Shown one piece after another: positions 28,278 to 37,714 of a stretch of DNA of 44,146 nt (the stretch's first letter is position 1; the number at the start of each line of letters is the position of its first letter). This DNA is from Stenomitos sp. (GTDB taxonomy: Bacteria; Cyanobacteriota; Cyanobacteriia; Thermosynechococcales; Thermosynechococcaceae), in assembly GCA_036704065.1 (NCBI GenBank), contig DATNQK010000370.1, forward strand, positions 1 to 44,146, given 5' to 3'. The notes under the pieces were generated by a model. That model was not told the origin of the DNA, searched no databases, and worked only from the letters and a program-made list of their open reading frames with translations. A program made the position numbers and the translations under genes.

Positions 28278-29058
28278 ATTCATCCTCCCAAGTTTTCCAA
28301 GGTGCGTTGCCGCTTTGCCAGAGTGTTTCTAAAAGTTTCTTGTCGCGCAAGGTATCCATACATTGCCAGAAGGAAGTATGGCGATAGGCCATGAGCTGAC
28401 CATCCCTTGCAAGTCGCTCTAGTGGTTCTTTCTCCCACTGCGTATCGTCGTCGTCGATGTAGTCAAAGATTTCGGGTTCTAGAACAAAAAATGCACCATT
28501 AATCCAGCCTTCTCGTGTTTGTGGTTTTTCAGAAAATTCGACAATTTGGTCGCCATCCATTTCCAAATGACCAAATCGAGCTTGAGGGCGCACTGCCGTC
28601 ATGGTCGCCAACTTGCCATGCTTGCGGTGAAACTCAAGCAGATCAGTGAGGTTGACGTCAGAAACGCCATCTCCCCAAGTGAGCATGAAAGTTTCATTAT
28701 TCATAAAGGGAGCAAGCCGCTTAATCCGCCCTCCCGTATTGGTCTTTTGGCCGGTATCAATCAGATCAACTGTCCAATTGGGCTTATAACCGCCACCCCC
28801 GTACATATTGACCATTCCAGTCTGCAAGTTAACCGTAAGGTTACTGTTCAAAGAACAGTAGTCAACCATGTACTTCTTGATAACTTCGCCTTTGTAGCCC
28901 AGGGCGATCGCAAACTTATTAAACCCATAATGCGAATAATGCATCATGATATGCCACAAGATCGGTCTACCACCAACCTCAACCATTGGCTTAGGTTTAA
29001 CTTCCGTTTCCTCTGCCAAACGGGAACCTACTCCTCCAGCCAAAATTGCAACTTTCAT
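28201..29058 (-). CDS. rfbF: Glucose-1-phosphate cytidylyltransferase
   Basis: [66 protein letters not shown]. Confidence 0.93.
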   Translation of the reverse strand: MKVAILAGGVGSRLAEETEVKPKPMVEVGGRPILWHIMMHYSHYGFNKFAIALGYKGEVIKKYMVDYCSLNSNLTVNLQTGMVNMYGGGGYKPNWTVDLIDTGQKTNTGGRIKRLAPFMNNETFMLTWGDGVSDVNLTDLLEFHRKHGKLATMTAVRPQARFGHLEMDGDQIVEFSEKPQTREGWINGAFFVLEPEIFDYIDDDDTQWEKEPLERLARDGQLMAYRHTSFWQCMDTLRDKKLLETLWQSGNAPWKTWEDEYEGIVNGAQGLYRYGHGAYAVSVKS

Positions 29059-29098
29059 AGGGTTTACCTTTCAGCGTATAAATTAAGGTCTTAACAAA

Positions 29099-30052
29099 TT
29101 AGGCCTTTTGACTCAACGTAAAAAACGTTCTTTTGCGTGCAGTGTAATAGTTAAAAGCTAAAACTATTTCCTGAAATAGAGGTTTACGAATACGACGTAA
29201 AACTGGCAAGAGGTATGCATAACAATTCAGCTTTTGTATAAGTGGCAAGTTAGAAGTACGGACGGCATCAATATACTCAAGAAAAATTTTAAGTTCAGGA
29301 AGGACTAATTGGTCTTTATTTTTTGGACTCCACCATTCAGCATAAATATTATGATCAGTACATACTTGCATAGATTGTTTTGCATGGCTTCTGGCATAAA
29401 ACAAGTATTCAGGCAATTCATAGAAGCGACCAATCAAGCTCAAACGAACGAGTAAAACATTATCGGCAGCCGAATAAAAGCCTAACAATGGAGTTTTAGT
29501 TAAAGCCTCAGAACGAATTAATCCAAAAATTGGATAACACATGTGAGGAACAGTAAGCTCAGCAAAGCGCTTAACTACCTGGCGAGAAGAAAGATGAGAC
29601 ATGAAATGGCGCTGAGCAGGTGCTAAGCGATTGTAACCATCAAAATTTTCAATAAATTCTCCAGATGGACCAATTACAGTAACCTTTGAAAAACACAAAA
29701 CAACACTACTATCACGATCTAAAACATCAACACACTTGAAAAGGAATTCTGGATCGCATAGATCATCGTGAGCCCACCATTTAAAGTACTCACCTTTAGA
29801 CAGTTCAAAAACGCGGTTTTGATTAGGACCTGCCCCAAGATTTTCTGAATTTCGATAATACCTTATCCGATTATCCTTCGCAGCAAACTCACGGCAGATT
29901 TCAGCAGTACGATCTGTAGAAGCATTATCAGAAATAACGACCTCAAAGTCTAAAAATGTTTGATTAAGTATTGAGGTTAACGCTTCCGCGAGATAGTTTT
30001 CTCCATTATAAACTGGCAATCCAATGCTAACACGAGGTTTCATGTGGTTCAC
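29099..30052 (-). CDS. Glycosyltransferase family 2
   Basis: VSIGLPVYNGENY, ISDNASTD, YFKWWAHDD; the start may be ATG 30043. Confidence 0.92.
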   Translation of the reverse strand: MNHMKPRVSIGLPVYNGENYLAEALTSILNQTFLDFEVVISDNASTDRTAEICREFAAKDNRIRYYRNSENLGAGPNQNRVFELSKGEYFKWWAHDDLCDPEFLFKCVDVLDRDSSVVLCFSKVTVIGPSGEFIENFDGYNRLAPAQRHFMSHLSSRQVVKRFAELTVPHMCYPIFGLIRSEALTKTPLLGFYSAADNVLLVRLSLIGRFYELPEYLFYARSHAKQSMQVCTDHNIYAEWWSPKNKDQLVLPELKIFLEYIDAVRTSNLPLIQKLNCYAYLLPVLRRIRKPLFQEIVLAFNYYTARKRTFFTLSQKA

Positions 30053-30097
30053 AGAAAATTCACCATACCCAAGGATAAAGAACCAAAAAAGAATTAC

Positions 30098-31327
30098 TTA
30101 AATTGACACAACTTCAGCTTCAACTCCCATATCAGTCAACATAGCTTGAATTTCTAAGCAATAAATTGAATTCATTACGATAATTTGATCAGGTTTACAT
30201 ACTCTTAGAAATTCTGGAGAAACAATTTCTTTAGCAACACCTGGAATAAACTTCCCATGACGATAAGGATTGATATCTACAATATATTGAACTTCGTCAT
30301 ACATCCCTAAGGTAGTCAGAAAAGCAACACACTTAGAACCCGATCCCCAAATCACAACTTTCTTGCCTTGGGCATACATTTGACTAAGGTGGCGACGCCA
30401 ATACTCAAGTTTTTGGTGAATCTGCTCTGTAAAGGATTCAACAAATTGCTGCAACTCATCAAGGCTCTCTTCCAGGGGATGTACTTTATTAGAAGTAGTC
30501 TCTACAGGAAGAACTTCAATAAGGAGATACTGATCGTTATAAGCTCGATATAAGTCGATAACTTCGAAATTACACAATCTAAATAATCTTGCTAGGGAGC
30601 CTGGTGTAAAGTATGAGCAATGTTCATAATAAATATCTTCAAAAGACAAGTCCTTAAGGACACGTGTTGTATCAGGAATTTCAAAGAAGACAGATGTATT
30701 AAGGCGATCGCCAATTGATGCTCGAATAGTCTGTACAAATTCGTAAGTCAAGTGGATATGTTCCAAAGTATGACGGCAACATATAAAATCACCAACAAAT
30801 TTGGAGTGAGAGATAGAGTAATACTCTTGGATAAACTTTACGCGATTAGCAGCTTCACTAGGAACCCGACCTGGAACAACACTTGGATCTATACCTACTC
30901 CTCTATTGTTGCCTAGTTCACATAGCAACAATAGAAAGTCTCCCTTGCTACACCCAATTTCAACAATATCTTTCTCATACAAGTCATATTTATCAACTAA
31001 GCCTTGAGCAAGTTGGCGAGCAAACCCATTAAAAGTAGGAGAAAAGCTTTGCTGATCTTCATAGTTAGAAGCATAGGCAGACCATTTTGAATCAAATTGT
31101 GTATTCGTAATGAAACCGCATTGATTACAAACACCTAGGGCAATACTATCAGAGGGAAAATCCGACGCTTCCTGTTCGGAAGAAAGCATTAAACAACTAT
31201 GTACAGGAACCTTATCTATCTCATAAAAAATAGATAAGTCTTTATTGCCACAACTTGGGCACATAGCTTGTGTTTGGCTCAAATTCTTGTTTCGAGGTAA
31301 GCTTTCAATATTCTCGTTAGTTAACAT
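30098..31327 (-). CDS. Second NDP-sugar C-methyltransferase-like protein
   Basis: CPSCG...CNQCGFI, EIGCSKGDFL, RHTLEHI, DIYYEHCSYFT, IWGSGSK, VDINPYRHGKFIPG; ATG 31327 has SD ggag. Confidence 0.88.
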   Translation of the reverse strand: MLTNENIESLPRNKNLSQTQAMCPSCGNKDLSIFYEIDKVPVHSCLMLSSEQEASDFPSDSIALGVCNQCGFITNTQFDSKWSAYASNYEDQQSFSPTFNGFARQLAQGLVDKYDLYEKDIVEIGCSKGDFLLLLCELGNNRGVGIDPSVVPGRVPSEAANRVKFIQEYYSISHSKFVGDFICCRHTLEHIHLTYEFVQTIRASIGDRLNTSVFFEIPDTTRVLKDLSFEDIYYEHCSYFTPGSLARLFRLCNFEVIDLYRAYNDQYLLIEVLPVETTSNKVHPLEESLDELQQFVESFTEQIHQKLEYWRRHLSQMYAQGKKVVIWGSGSKCVAFLTTLGMYDEVQYIVDINPYRHGKFIPGVAKEIVSPEFLRVCKPDQIIVMNSIYCLEIQAMLTDMGVEAEVVSI

Positions 31328-31528
31328 AAAATCAAACTCCAATATTTTGAATCTATAAGCCTTAAAAGACAACCGAAAGTAGCAGAAAAGAATCTGTTTT
31401 AGGAAATCAAAATTAACAACGTTCTACAACGACCAAAAAGCCCTAATGCAAAACAATTCTCAAAATAGCTACGATCATGAATAATCATCCAGAATATTTA
31501 TGCTAAAAAGCACCAGAAGAGAAACATC

Positions 31529-31966
31529 TTATTTAGCAAGGCGGAGACTTTTAGGTCGAAAAACATTTAAAGCCTTAGCAAGGAATTGCTGAAGTTTACC
31601 TTGATTTTCTTTCAACGGAAGAACAAAGTTAGTATCCACATCCATTGAAATAATATTAATTAAATTGAGGCTCTTAATTAGTCTATAAATTTTAGGACTT
31701 AAGCTCCAAAAGATTACTTCAATACAGCAAGCATCTAATCTCTCACAAATTTCATTTAATGAAGATAAAGCTTTAGCCTCAATACTCGCGGTTTGACAAT
31801 AGTCAAATACAATATGATCAAGATTATCTTTACAAAGTTGATCAACAATCACATTCAAATTTATAATGTCCCTTTCTTGAACATTACATGGCATCTCAAC
31901 CAAAGGAATATGATTTAAGGATATGATTTTAAAATTTGTTCTTAAAAGAGAATAGTTACTAAGCAT
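31529..31966 (-). CDS. Degenerate STAS (anti-anti-sigma-like) domain protein
   Basis: PLVEMP...HIVFDYCQTASIEAKAL...VIFWSLSPKIYRLIKSLNL follows the STAS pattern but lacks the DSSG motif. Confidence 0.55.
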   Translation of the reverse strand: MLSNYSLLRTNFKIISLNHIPLVEMPCNVQERDIINLNVIVDQLCKDNLDHIVFDYCQTASIEAKALSSLNEICERLDACCIEVIFWSLSPKIYRLIKSLNLINIISMDVDTNFVLPLKENQGKLQQFLAKALNVFRPKSLRLAK

Positions 31967-32024
31967 TAGATTAAAATAAATAGATTTTCATAAGTACCGT
32001 AAACAATAAATAATTATTTTTATC

Positions 32025-32504
32025 TTACTGAGAGCTAGAACTGTAACGATGATTAAGTTCTTGACAAAATTCTGTAATTGAAAATGTTGCTGGTGAGATC
32101 CAACGGGGTGATGCAAGAAACCTTACCAAGTCGCCAGTAGACCAAGCAATTGGCATATGTAATTGCTCAAGTGCTAACGCAAGTTCAATTTGATGGTCAT
32201 CAACATGTTCACCTAAAGCACTACACCTAGGAACCAAGATATAAGGCTTGTGAACAGTTTCAAGTAATAAGAGTGTGCCCTCACCACAATGACTAATAAT
32301 TAAACTAGATTGAAATACATACTCTTCAAAGCGATTTCGAGAAAGAAGAGAGACAGAATTAACATTTGAAGGCCAAAAAGAACAATGTCCATATTGAACT
32401 AGTAGTTCCTGGGGGTTCACAAACCCACGATCAATCAATATCTGAATCCATCTCATCAAACGGTTAAACTGATATTGTTCTGTACCGACTGTCACCAAAA
32501 TCAT
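32025..32504 (-). CDS. PssE/CpsG/Alg13-like glycosyltransferase, C-terminal half
   Basis: MILVTVGTEQYQFNRL, ISHCGEGT, ILVPR...GEHVDDHQIELA. Confidence 0.9.
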   Translation of the reverse strand: MILVTVGTEQYQFNRLMRWIQILIDRGFVNPQELLVQYGHCSFWPSNVNSVSLLSRNRFEEYVFQSSLIISHCGEGTLLLLETVHKPYILVPRCSALGEHVDDHQIELALALEQLHMPIAWSTGDLVRFLASPRWISPATFSITEFCQELNHRYSSSSQ

Positions 32505-32518
32505 GAAAGTCAAATTCT

Positions 32519-32998
32519 TCAATTAACTTCGACAAAGGATGATGAGTAAGAAGTAATAAGTTGAACCTTTGGAGAGTGCCGAGTTAACTGTGGCCAATGC
32601 ACATAAAGAGTATTCAAGAAAGGAAGCACAAGACGCGCTGACAAACTAATACGCTTAACTCTTGTGATTGATTCAATAAATATGGTTTGGGCACCAAATA
32701 ACTTTCCCAATATCAGAAAAGGAACTGCCACACCAGCACCAGTTGAGACAATTAGATCAGGCCTCTCACGGGGCAGAATTTTCCACGCCAACAGAAAGTT
32801 GCGCAGACAATTCGTTAAATTACGATTTGTAGGGCCAAAAGCCCAATATGTTACCTCATCTGCAAGCGTTGCATTAGTAGTTGAAGTATAAAAGGTAACC
32901 CAGACACGCTCATAATTACTCCAAAAAGGTTGTAATTGATACATCGTGTGAAAATGTCCACCGGAAGAACAGACCATCATAAGTTTCATATCATTCAC
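32519..32998 (-). CDS. PssD/CpsF/Alg14-like glycosyltransferase, N-terminal half
   Basis: CSSGGHF, PTNRN, PDLIVSTGAGVAVPF, FIESITR, VHWPQL; the start may be ATG 32989. Confidence 0.92.
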   Translation of the reverse strand: MNDMKLMMVCSSGGHFHTMYQLQPFWSNYERVWVTFYTSTTNATLADEVTYWAFGPTNRNLTNCLRNFLLAWKILPRERPDLIVSTGAGVAVPFLILGKLFGAQTIFIESITRVKRISLSARLVLPFLNTLYVHWPQLTRHSPKVQLITSYSSSFVEVN

Positions 32999-33147
32999 AT
33001 GGGGTCACCACTTAACAAAAAAATCTCTAGAAATCATCAAACTTAGAACATGTCACCAAAAAATTGGGAATGACTCACCATTTATAAGGTTTAATTCTTT
33101 TATTTCATTAACTAAAATAGAGTAACCGATGCTAAAGGTTCAGTTCA

Positions 33148-34383
33148 TTAAGACATAGCAAACAGAGCGCTAAGAATCGTAGTGTCTGGCTCCTGCATGC
33201 CAGTACTGGAATTTTTATTAGTTACTCCGAAGCCACCGCTATATTCCCAAACAGACCAACCAATCTTATATTTTTCAAGTAAAATTCTCACATCCTTGTG
33301 CCAAGAGTATCGATCTTGTGAAAGAGAAGATAGACGATAAACTCCAAATTCATTACATGTTAAATAGACCTTATTCGTTGTTGCCCATTTAACAGCTCTT
33401 TCAATTAATGATTCAATTTTTTTTGAATTCCATGATTCATCGCTATAGTACTTTATTAAATCATAGGCTTTTGTATTTTTAACCTGACTAAAGAGAGATA
33501 ATACTCTGTCACGCTTTGAAGGATAAGGCAAATTTCTTAAATAGGGTGCAACATCCTTCCATACCCAATCTGCACCTTGATGAGTGAACAGCATAGGCTC
33601 ATAAAAATGGAAATTATAGATAACGTTTGAATCTTGCACAGGTACTAAAGATTCCAGACCTGCGATCGCATCCCATGCATTACCAGCTCGCAAATTAGCA
33701 TCAGCAATTAAAGTATGTTTTGGAGCGCCACGTCTCATACCTTTAATTAGTTCATCTTGAATTAAATTCCATTGATGAGGATTCTCCGTAGCAGGCTCAT
33801 TAAATACTTCTAGAAATAATTTATCTGGACTATATTGACTAAAATGTCGTGCTAATGACTCCCAAAACAATACAGCAGAGCTTAGAAAACGTTCATTATT
33901 AAAAAGCTCTTGAAAGAAGAAAGACTGAGGTAAAGCATGTAAATCAATAATCACTGCGAGATTCTGCCTTAAAATTTCCTCAACCGCCGAATCAAGGTAT
34001 TCAATATTTTCAATATTTAGCTCATCCGGTTTGTTTTTATTAAAAAGTATCTCAGGATTAACTGGAAGCCGAATGTGCCGAAAACCCATTTTACGTATTA
34101 GCTGAATATCATCGCTTTTAAACTTAGACTGAAAATCTTTAGGTGTTAAAGATCCGTGTGAAAACCAGCCACTAAGATTGACTCCTTTTGTAAGATTTTC
34201 CAATCGATACTCAATATAAGGATTGGATTTCTGGCGGGGTGAATCATACACCACAGATTCTTTAAAATCAGCAAATATCAAATAAGTGAGCAAGAATAAT
34301 CCAAAGACAATTATCATTAATTGATAATAACTGCTTCCAAATAAAAAATGTCTTTTTCTTTTACTTATATTAAAATTTTTCAT
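33148..34383 (-). CDS. Glycoside hydrolase family 5 with N-terminal membrane anchor
   Basis: GVNLSGWF, GFRHIRLPV, IIDLH, acid/base EVFNEP, FHFYEP, nucleophile NEFGV, GWSVW; ATGA overlap with the upstream GT2. Confidence 0.9.
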   Translation of the reverse strand: MKNFNISKRKRHFLFGSSYYQLMIIVFGLFLLTYLIFADFKESVVYDSPRQKSNPYIEYRLENLTKGVNLSGWFSHGSLTPKDFQSKFKSDDIQLIRKMGFRHIRLPVNPEILFNKNKPDELNIENIEYLDSAVEEILRQNLAVIIDLHALPQSFFFQELFNNERFLSSAVLFWESLARHFSQYSPDKLFLEVFNEPATENPHQWNLIQDELIKGMRRGAPKHTLIADANLRAGNAWDAIAGLESLVPVQDSNVIYNFHFYEPMLFTHQGADWVWKDVAPYLRNLPYPSKRDRVLSLFSQVKNTKAYDLIKYYSDESWNSKKIESLIERAVKWATTNKVYLTCNEFGVYRLSSLSQDRYSWHKDVRILLEKYKIGWSVWEYSGGFGVTNKNSSTGMQEPDTTILSALFAMS

Positions 34384-35414
34384 CCCACCAATTGATTAGC
34401 TTGTTGGTTCTCAATTTTCTTAGCTTGTGTTTTGCCAGTAAGAGCCAATGCTATTTCTTCAATCTTGTTATAAAGACTGGCAGGAAAATTCAGCAGTGCA
34501 AATGCAGCTATAAAGGTTAAAAATGTCCGTCTAGGCTCTTGGAGAGTGATTAACCAGTTCTCAGCCATTGCCGAACGGAATAATCGAGTTGCCATTAAAC
34601 CATCTTTAAGCCTTACTGCTCGTCTAGCTAAATATCGCAGTTGATAGGCTCTAGCCAAAGATCCCCATCTATTCACCAACTCAGGTGCATAGCTATATGT
34701 TTTCTCAATTACACGTTCCCACGAGTGCAATTGCCTCTCTAAATCTGCCGACAAGCCACTCGAGTTCACTCTATAAAGTGTTAATGCTTGAGGAACACCT
34801 TCGATTTTCCAATTCGTTGTTATTGCAATGCGTATCCAGCACTCAATATCTTCTGACTGTCGAAAATGCTCGTCAAAATAGCATTCAATTAGATTGCCAT
34901 TGATATTATCATTAAATTTAATCTTATCAAAAACCTGACGCCTAATAACGGGAGCTGATCCATTGCCTATAGGGTTCCTACATAGCAAGTGAGAGGGTGT
35001 GATATCAGAAAGTTTTGGCATTTGGAATGTACCTAAACTCTTTCCACTTTCATCAATAAATGCAGAACGAGAAAAGCTAACCCCAATATCTGCCCTCGAT
35101 TCTAAATGATTTACATGAATTAATAGTTTATTTTCTAACCACAAATCATCACCATCCAAAAAAGCAATGTATTTTCCTTTTGCATTGCGAATACCTGTAT
35201 TTCTTGCGCCAGCCAATCCACGATTCTCTTGACGAATAATTTTTATTCTCGGATCGTTAAAGCTGTCACAAATTTCAAAACTAGAATCTGGGGAATTATC
35301 ATCAATCAGCAATAACTCAAAATCTTTATAAGACTGACTTAGAACTGAATTAATCGTATCTTGAATAAATCTTTCAACATTATAAATAGGAACTACTACT
35401 GTCACTTCTGGCAT
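34380..35414 (-). CDS. Glycosyltransferase family 2
   Basis: VTVVVPIYNVE, IDDNSPD, NRGLAGARNTG, AFLDGDDLW, SEDIECWIR. Confidence 0.93.
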   Translation of the reverse strand: MPEVTVVVPIYNVERFIQDTINSVLSQSYKDFELLLIDDNSPDSSFEICDSFNDPRIKIIRQENRGLAGARNTGIRNAKGKYIAFLDGDDLWLENKLLIHVNHLESRADIGVSFSRSAFIDESGKSLGTFQMPKLSDITPSHLLCRNPIGNGSAPVIRRQVFDKIKFNDNINGNLIECYFDEHFRQSEDIECWIRIAITTNWKIEGVPQALTLYRVNSSGLSADLERQLHSWERVIEKTYSYAPELVNRWGSLARAYQLRYLARRAVRLKDGLMATRLFRSAMAENWLITLQEPRRTFLTFIAAFALLNFPASLYNKIEEIALALTGKTQAKKIENQQANQLVG

Positions 35415-35442
35415 ACAAAGAACCTTTTATAGAGAATAACAA

Positions 35443-36714
35443 TTAGCGGTGACTGAAGAATACTTTTCTGGTTGACCACCACAAATAAATTGGTGTAAAA
35501 GCAAAATAGCTAACCAATACAGCAACTGCTACACCTGTAATATTCCAGTAAGTGCCGACAAGTATTAACAGACCAAATAATACAGTAAAGATTAAATCCC
35601 ACCCTAAACTTAAGTTTGGCTTTCCTACTGCTATCAGTAAGGATGTTGCGCTATCGAAAAAGGGTCTAGGAATTGCTGAAAGACAAATCAATATTAAAAT
35701 TGGAATTGCAGGAACCCATTTAGCACCAAAAATAATGGGAACATAGAAGTGAGCAAGACTTGTTTGAAAAATCACAAAAGATACAATAAGGAGAGCTATA
35801 ATTTTTAATGTTTTATAAAAACTTTCCTTAAATTTAGAATACTCATTTTTTAAAGCACACAAATGTGGATAAAGAGAGGAACTGATAGCATTGATGATAG
35901 TTTGACTAATACCCAAACCAGCATTAAAAGCAAAATAATATAGACCTAATTCTTTTACTCCTAAGAGCTTACCAACAATTAAGTAATCTAAATTATTTCT
36001 AAATGTATTTAGCAAAGATAATCCCATTATATTCAAGCCAAACCTAAGCAGCTTTTGCCATCCATCAATCCTAAATTTGTTCCTATTCCGCCAGGGGTGA
36101 TTAGTTAAATTAACCAAGTTATATATCGGAAAGGAAAGTATTTTAGGCAAAATAATAGCCCATATTCCAAACCCAAAGTATGCAAAAAGAGCAGATAAAA
36201 TATTACCGACAGATAGTTGTAAGGCACTACCAATCGCAATTATTTTAAGCCGATTCTCACGCTCAATTAAGCTTGCCTGAATATTACCAATAGGCCCAAA
36301 GAGATAATTTAATGATAGCAAGCAGATAGGTACTATCAACCTCTCGTCATGATAAATTTTTGAAATTGGAAATGCCAAGACGCATTGGAGAACAAATAGG
36401 GAAGGATAAATGATCCAATTTAGCCAATAAGCAGTAGTACATAAAGACTCAACCTCTTCATCATCTGCTTGAACAATTTTTGTAGAAATTCCAGTTGTAG
36501 TAAATACATTAATAAACTCATATATTGTCAGAACGATCGCAGCCAGACCATAATCATATTGAGTTAATGATCTAGCTAATACTACCGTTGCCAGCAATCT
36601 GGAAACTCTAACTACAAGTTGAGCTACGCCAAACCAACCCAAATTTCTAATAAACTTGTTAGAAAAGCTTATATTCCAAATATTAATAATTTTTTTATAT
36701 AATGCTATTATCAT
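35443..36714 (-). CDS. wzx: Polysaccharide flippase (Wzx, PST family)
   Basis: VVLARSLTQYDYGLAAI, NLDYLIVGKLLGVKELGLYYFA, FGAKWVPAIP; about 12 hydrophobic segments. Confidence 0.88.
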   Translation of the reverse strand: MIIALYKKIINIWNISFSNKFIRNLGWFGVAQLVVRVSRLLATVVLARSLTQYDYGLAAIVLTIYEFINVFTTTGISTKIVQADDEEVESLCTTAYWLNWIIYPSLFVLQCVLAFPISKIYHDERLIVPICLLSLNYLFGPIGNIQASLIERENRLKIIAIGSALQLSVGNILSALFAYFGFGIWAIILPKILSFPIYNLVNLTNHPWRNRNKFRIDGWQKLLRFGLNIMGLSLLNTFRNNLDYLIVGKLLGVKELGLYYFAFNAGLGISQTIINAISSSLYPHLCALKNEYSKFKESFYKTLKIIALLIVSFVIFQTSLAHFYVPIIFGAKWVPAIPILILICLSAIPRPFFDSATSLLIAVGKPNLSLGWDLIFTVLFGLLILVGTYWNITGVAVAVLVSYFAFTPIYLWWSTRKVFFSHR

Positions 36715-36740
36715 ATTTTCCTCATTGGTAAAACCAAATC

Positions 36741-36766
36741 GTGAGCTTAAGCCTTATTGAGCTCAC
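36741..36766. other. Intra-operonic stem-loop between GT2 and wzx
   Basis: gtgagcttaa-gcctta-ttgagctcac, 10-bp stem with one imperfect pair. Confidence 0.5.
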
Positions 36767-37714
36767 TCAAAAGTTTTTAGTTTGAGAAAACAAATTTCGT
36801 CCTACAGGAAAAACCATCAAGCCAAATATTTTCAAAGAAAGTTTGACCGATGATAGTCTCATTAGAGTAAGTGGAAAATAATAAATAGCTTTAATGAGCT
36901 TGAGAGCCGAAAAATATGGTGACTTCAAAGAAGAATCATACTCAAGTTGCAACCTAGACAAGAAAATAAATGCATTAGATTTCGCTTCTCTTTTCAAGAA
37001 ATTATATTTAGCACCTTGGCTATCAAATGATTTAGAGATGACTCTCAATGTTGATTTCTCCATTGCGCTTACGTTTGAGCTTGAAGAATTAGATGATTTC
37101 CTATAGAGGACTTGATACTTCGGTACAACGACAAAGGAGGAGAGCTGGGCTAATCGAATACAATAGTCCCAGTCTTCTGAAGGTATAGCTTCCGTATCGT
37201 ACAGACCTACTAAATCAACACATTTACGCCGAACTAAAATATTCGAGCCACTTGCTATGAAATTGCTGAGCAAGATTTTCTCATACACATCTCCCTGGTA
37301 GTAACACGCTTCAGAATCATAGAGAGGAGAGTCATACTCATCAATAAATCTTGTCCAGCTGTATGCTACTCCTGCCTTAGAATTTTCAGTGAGCGCCAAT
37401 ACTTGCTGTTCTAGCTTGTCAGTTGTCCACAAATCATCAGCATCTATAAATGCAATGAAATCTCCAGTAGCATATTTAATACCTAGATTTCGAGCATTTG
37501 CTCTTTCTGAATTTTTACAGGTAAACACTTGAAATCTCGGATCTGTAATTGTATTAAGAAGTTCTAATGTACGATCTGTAGAGCCATCATTTATAACCAA
37601 AATTTCTAAATCTCTATAACTTTGATTTAATACTGAATTAACTGTTCGCAAAACAGTTTTCTCTGAATTGTAGGCGGGCAAAACCACTGAAACTTTCACA
37701 ATTACTAAATCCAA
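36767..37714 (-). CDS. Glycosyltransferase family 2
   Basis: VSVVLPAYNSE, INDGSTD, ARNLG, AFIDADDLW, SEDWDYCIR; probable start GTG 37699 just after the upstream stop. Confidence 0.92.
   Translation of the reverse strand: MDLVIVKVSVVLPAYNSEKTVLRTVNSVLNQSYRDLEILVINDGSTDRTLELLNTITDPRFQVFTCKNSERANARNLGIKYATGDFIAFIDADDLWTTDKLEQQVLALTENSKAGVAYSWTRFIDEYDSPLYDSEACYYQGDVYEKILLSNFIASGSNILVRRKCVDLVGLYDTEAIPSEDWDYCIRLAQLSSFVVVPKYQVLYRKSSNSSSSNVSAMEKSTLRVISKSFDSQGAKYNFLKREAKSNAFIFLSRLQLEYDSSLKSPYFSALKLIKAIYYFPLTLMRLSSVKLSLKIFGLMVFPVGRNLFSQTKNF

Noticed and set aside
28519-29094. 191-aa + strand ORF
   Set aside because: Antisense to rfbF; no recognisable motif; typical shadow ORF.
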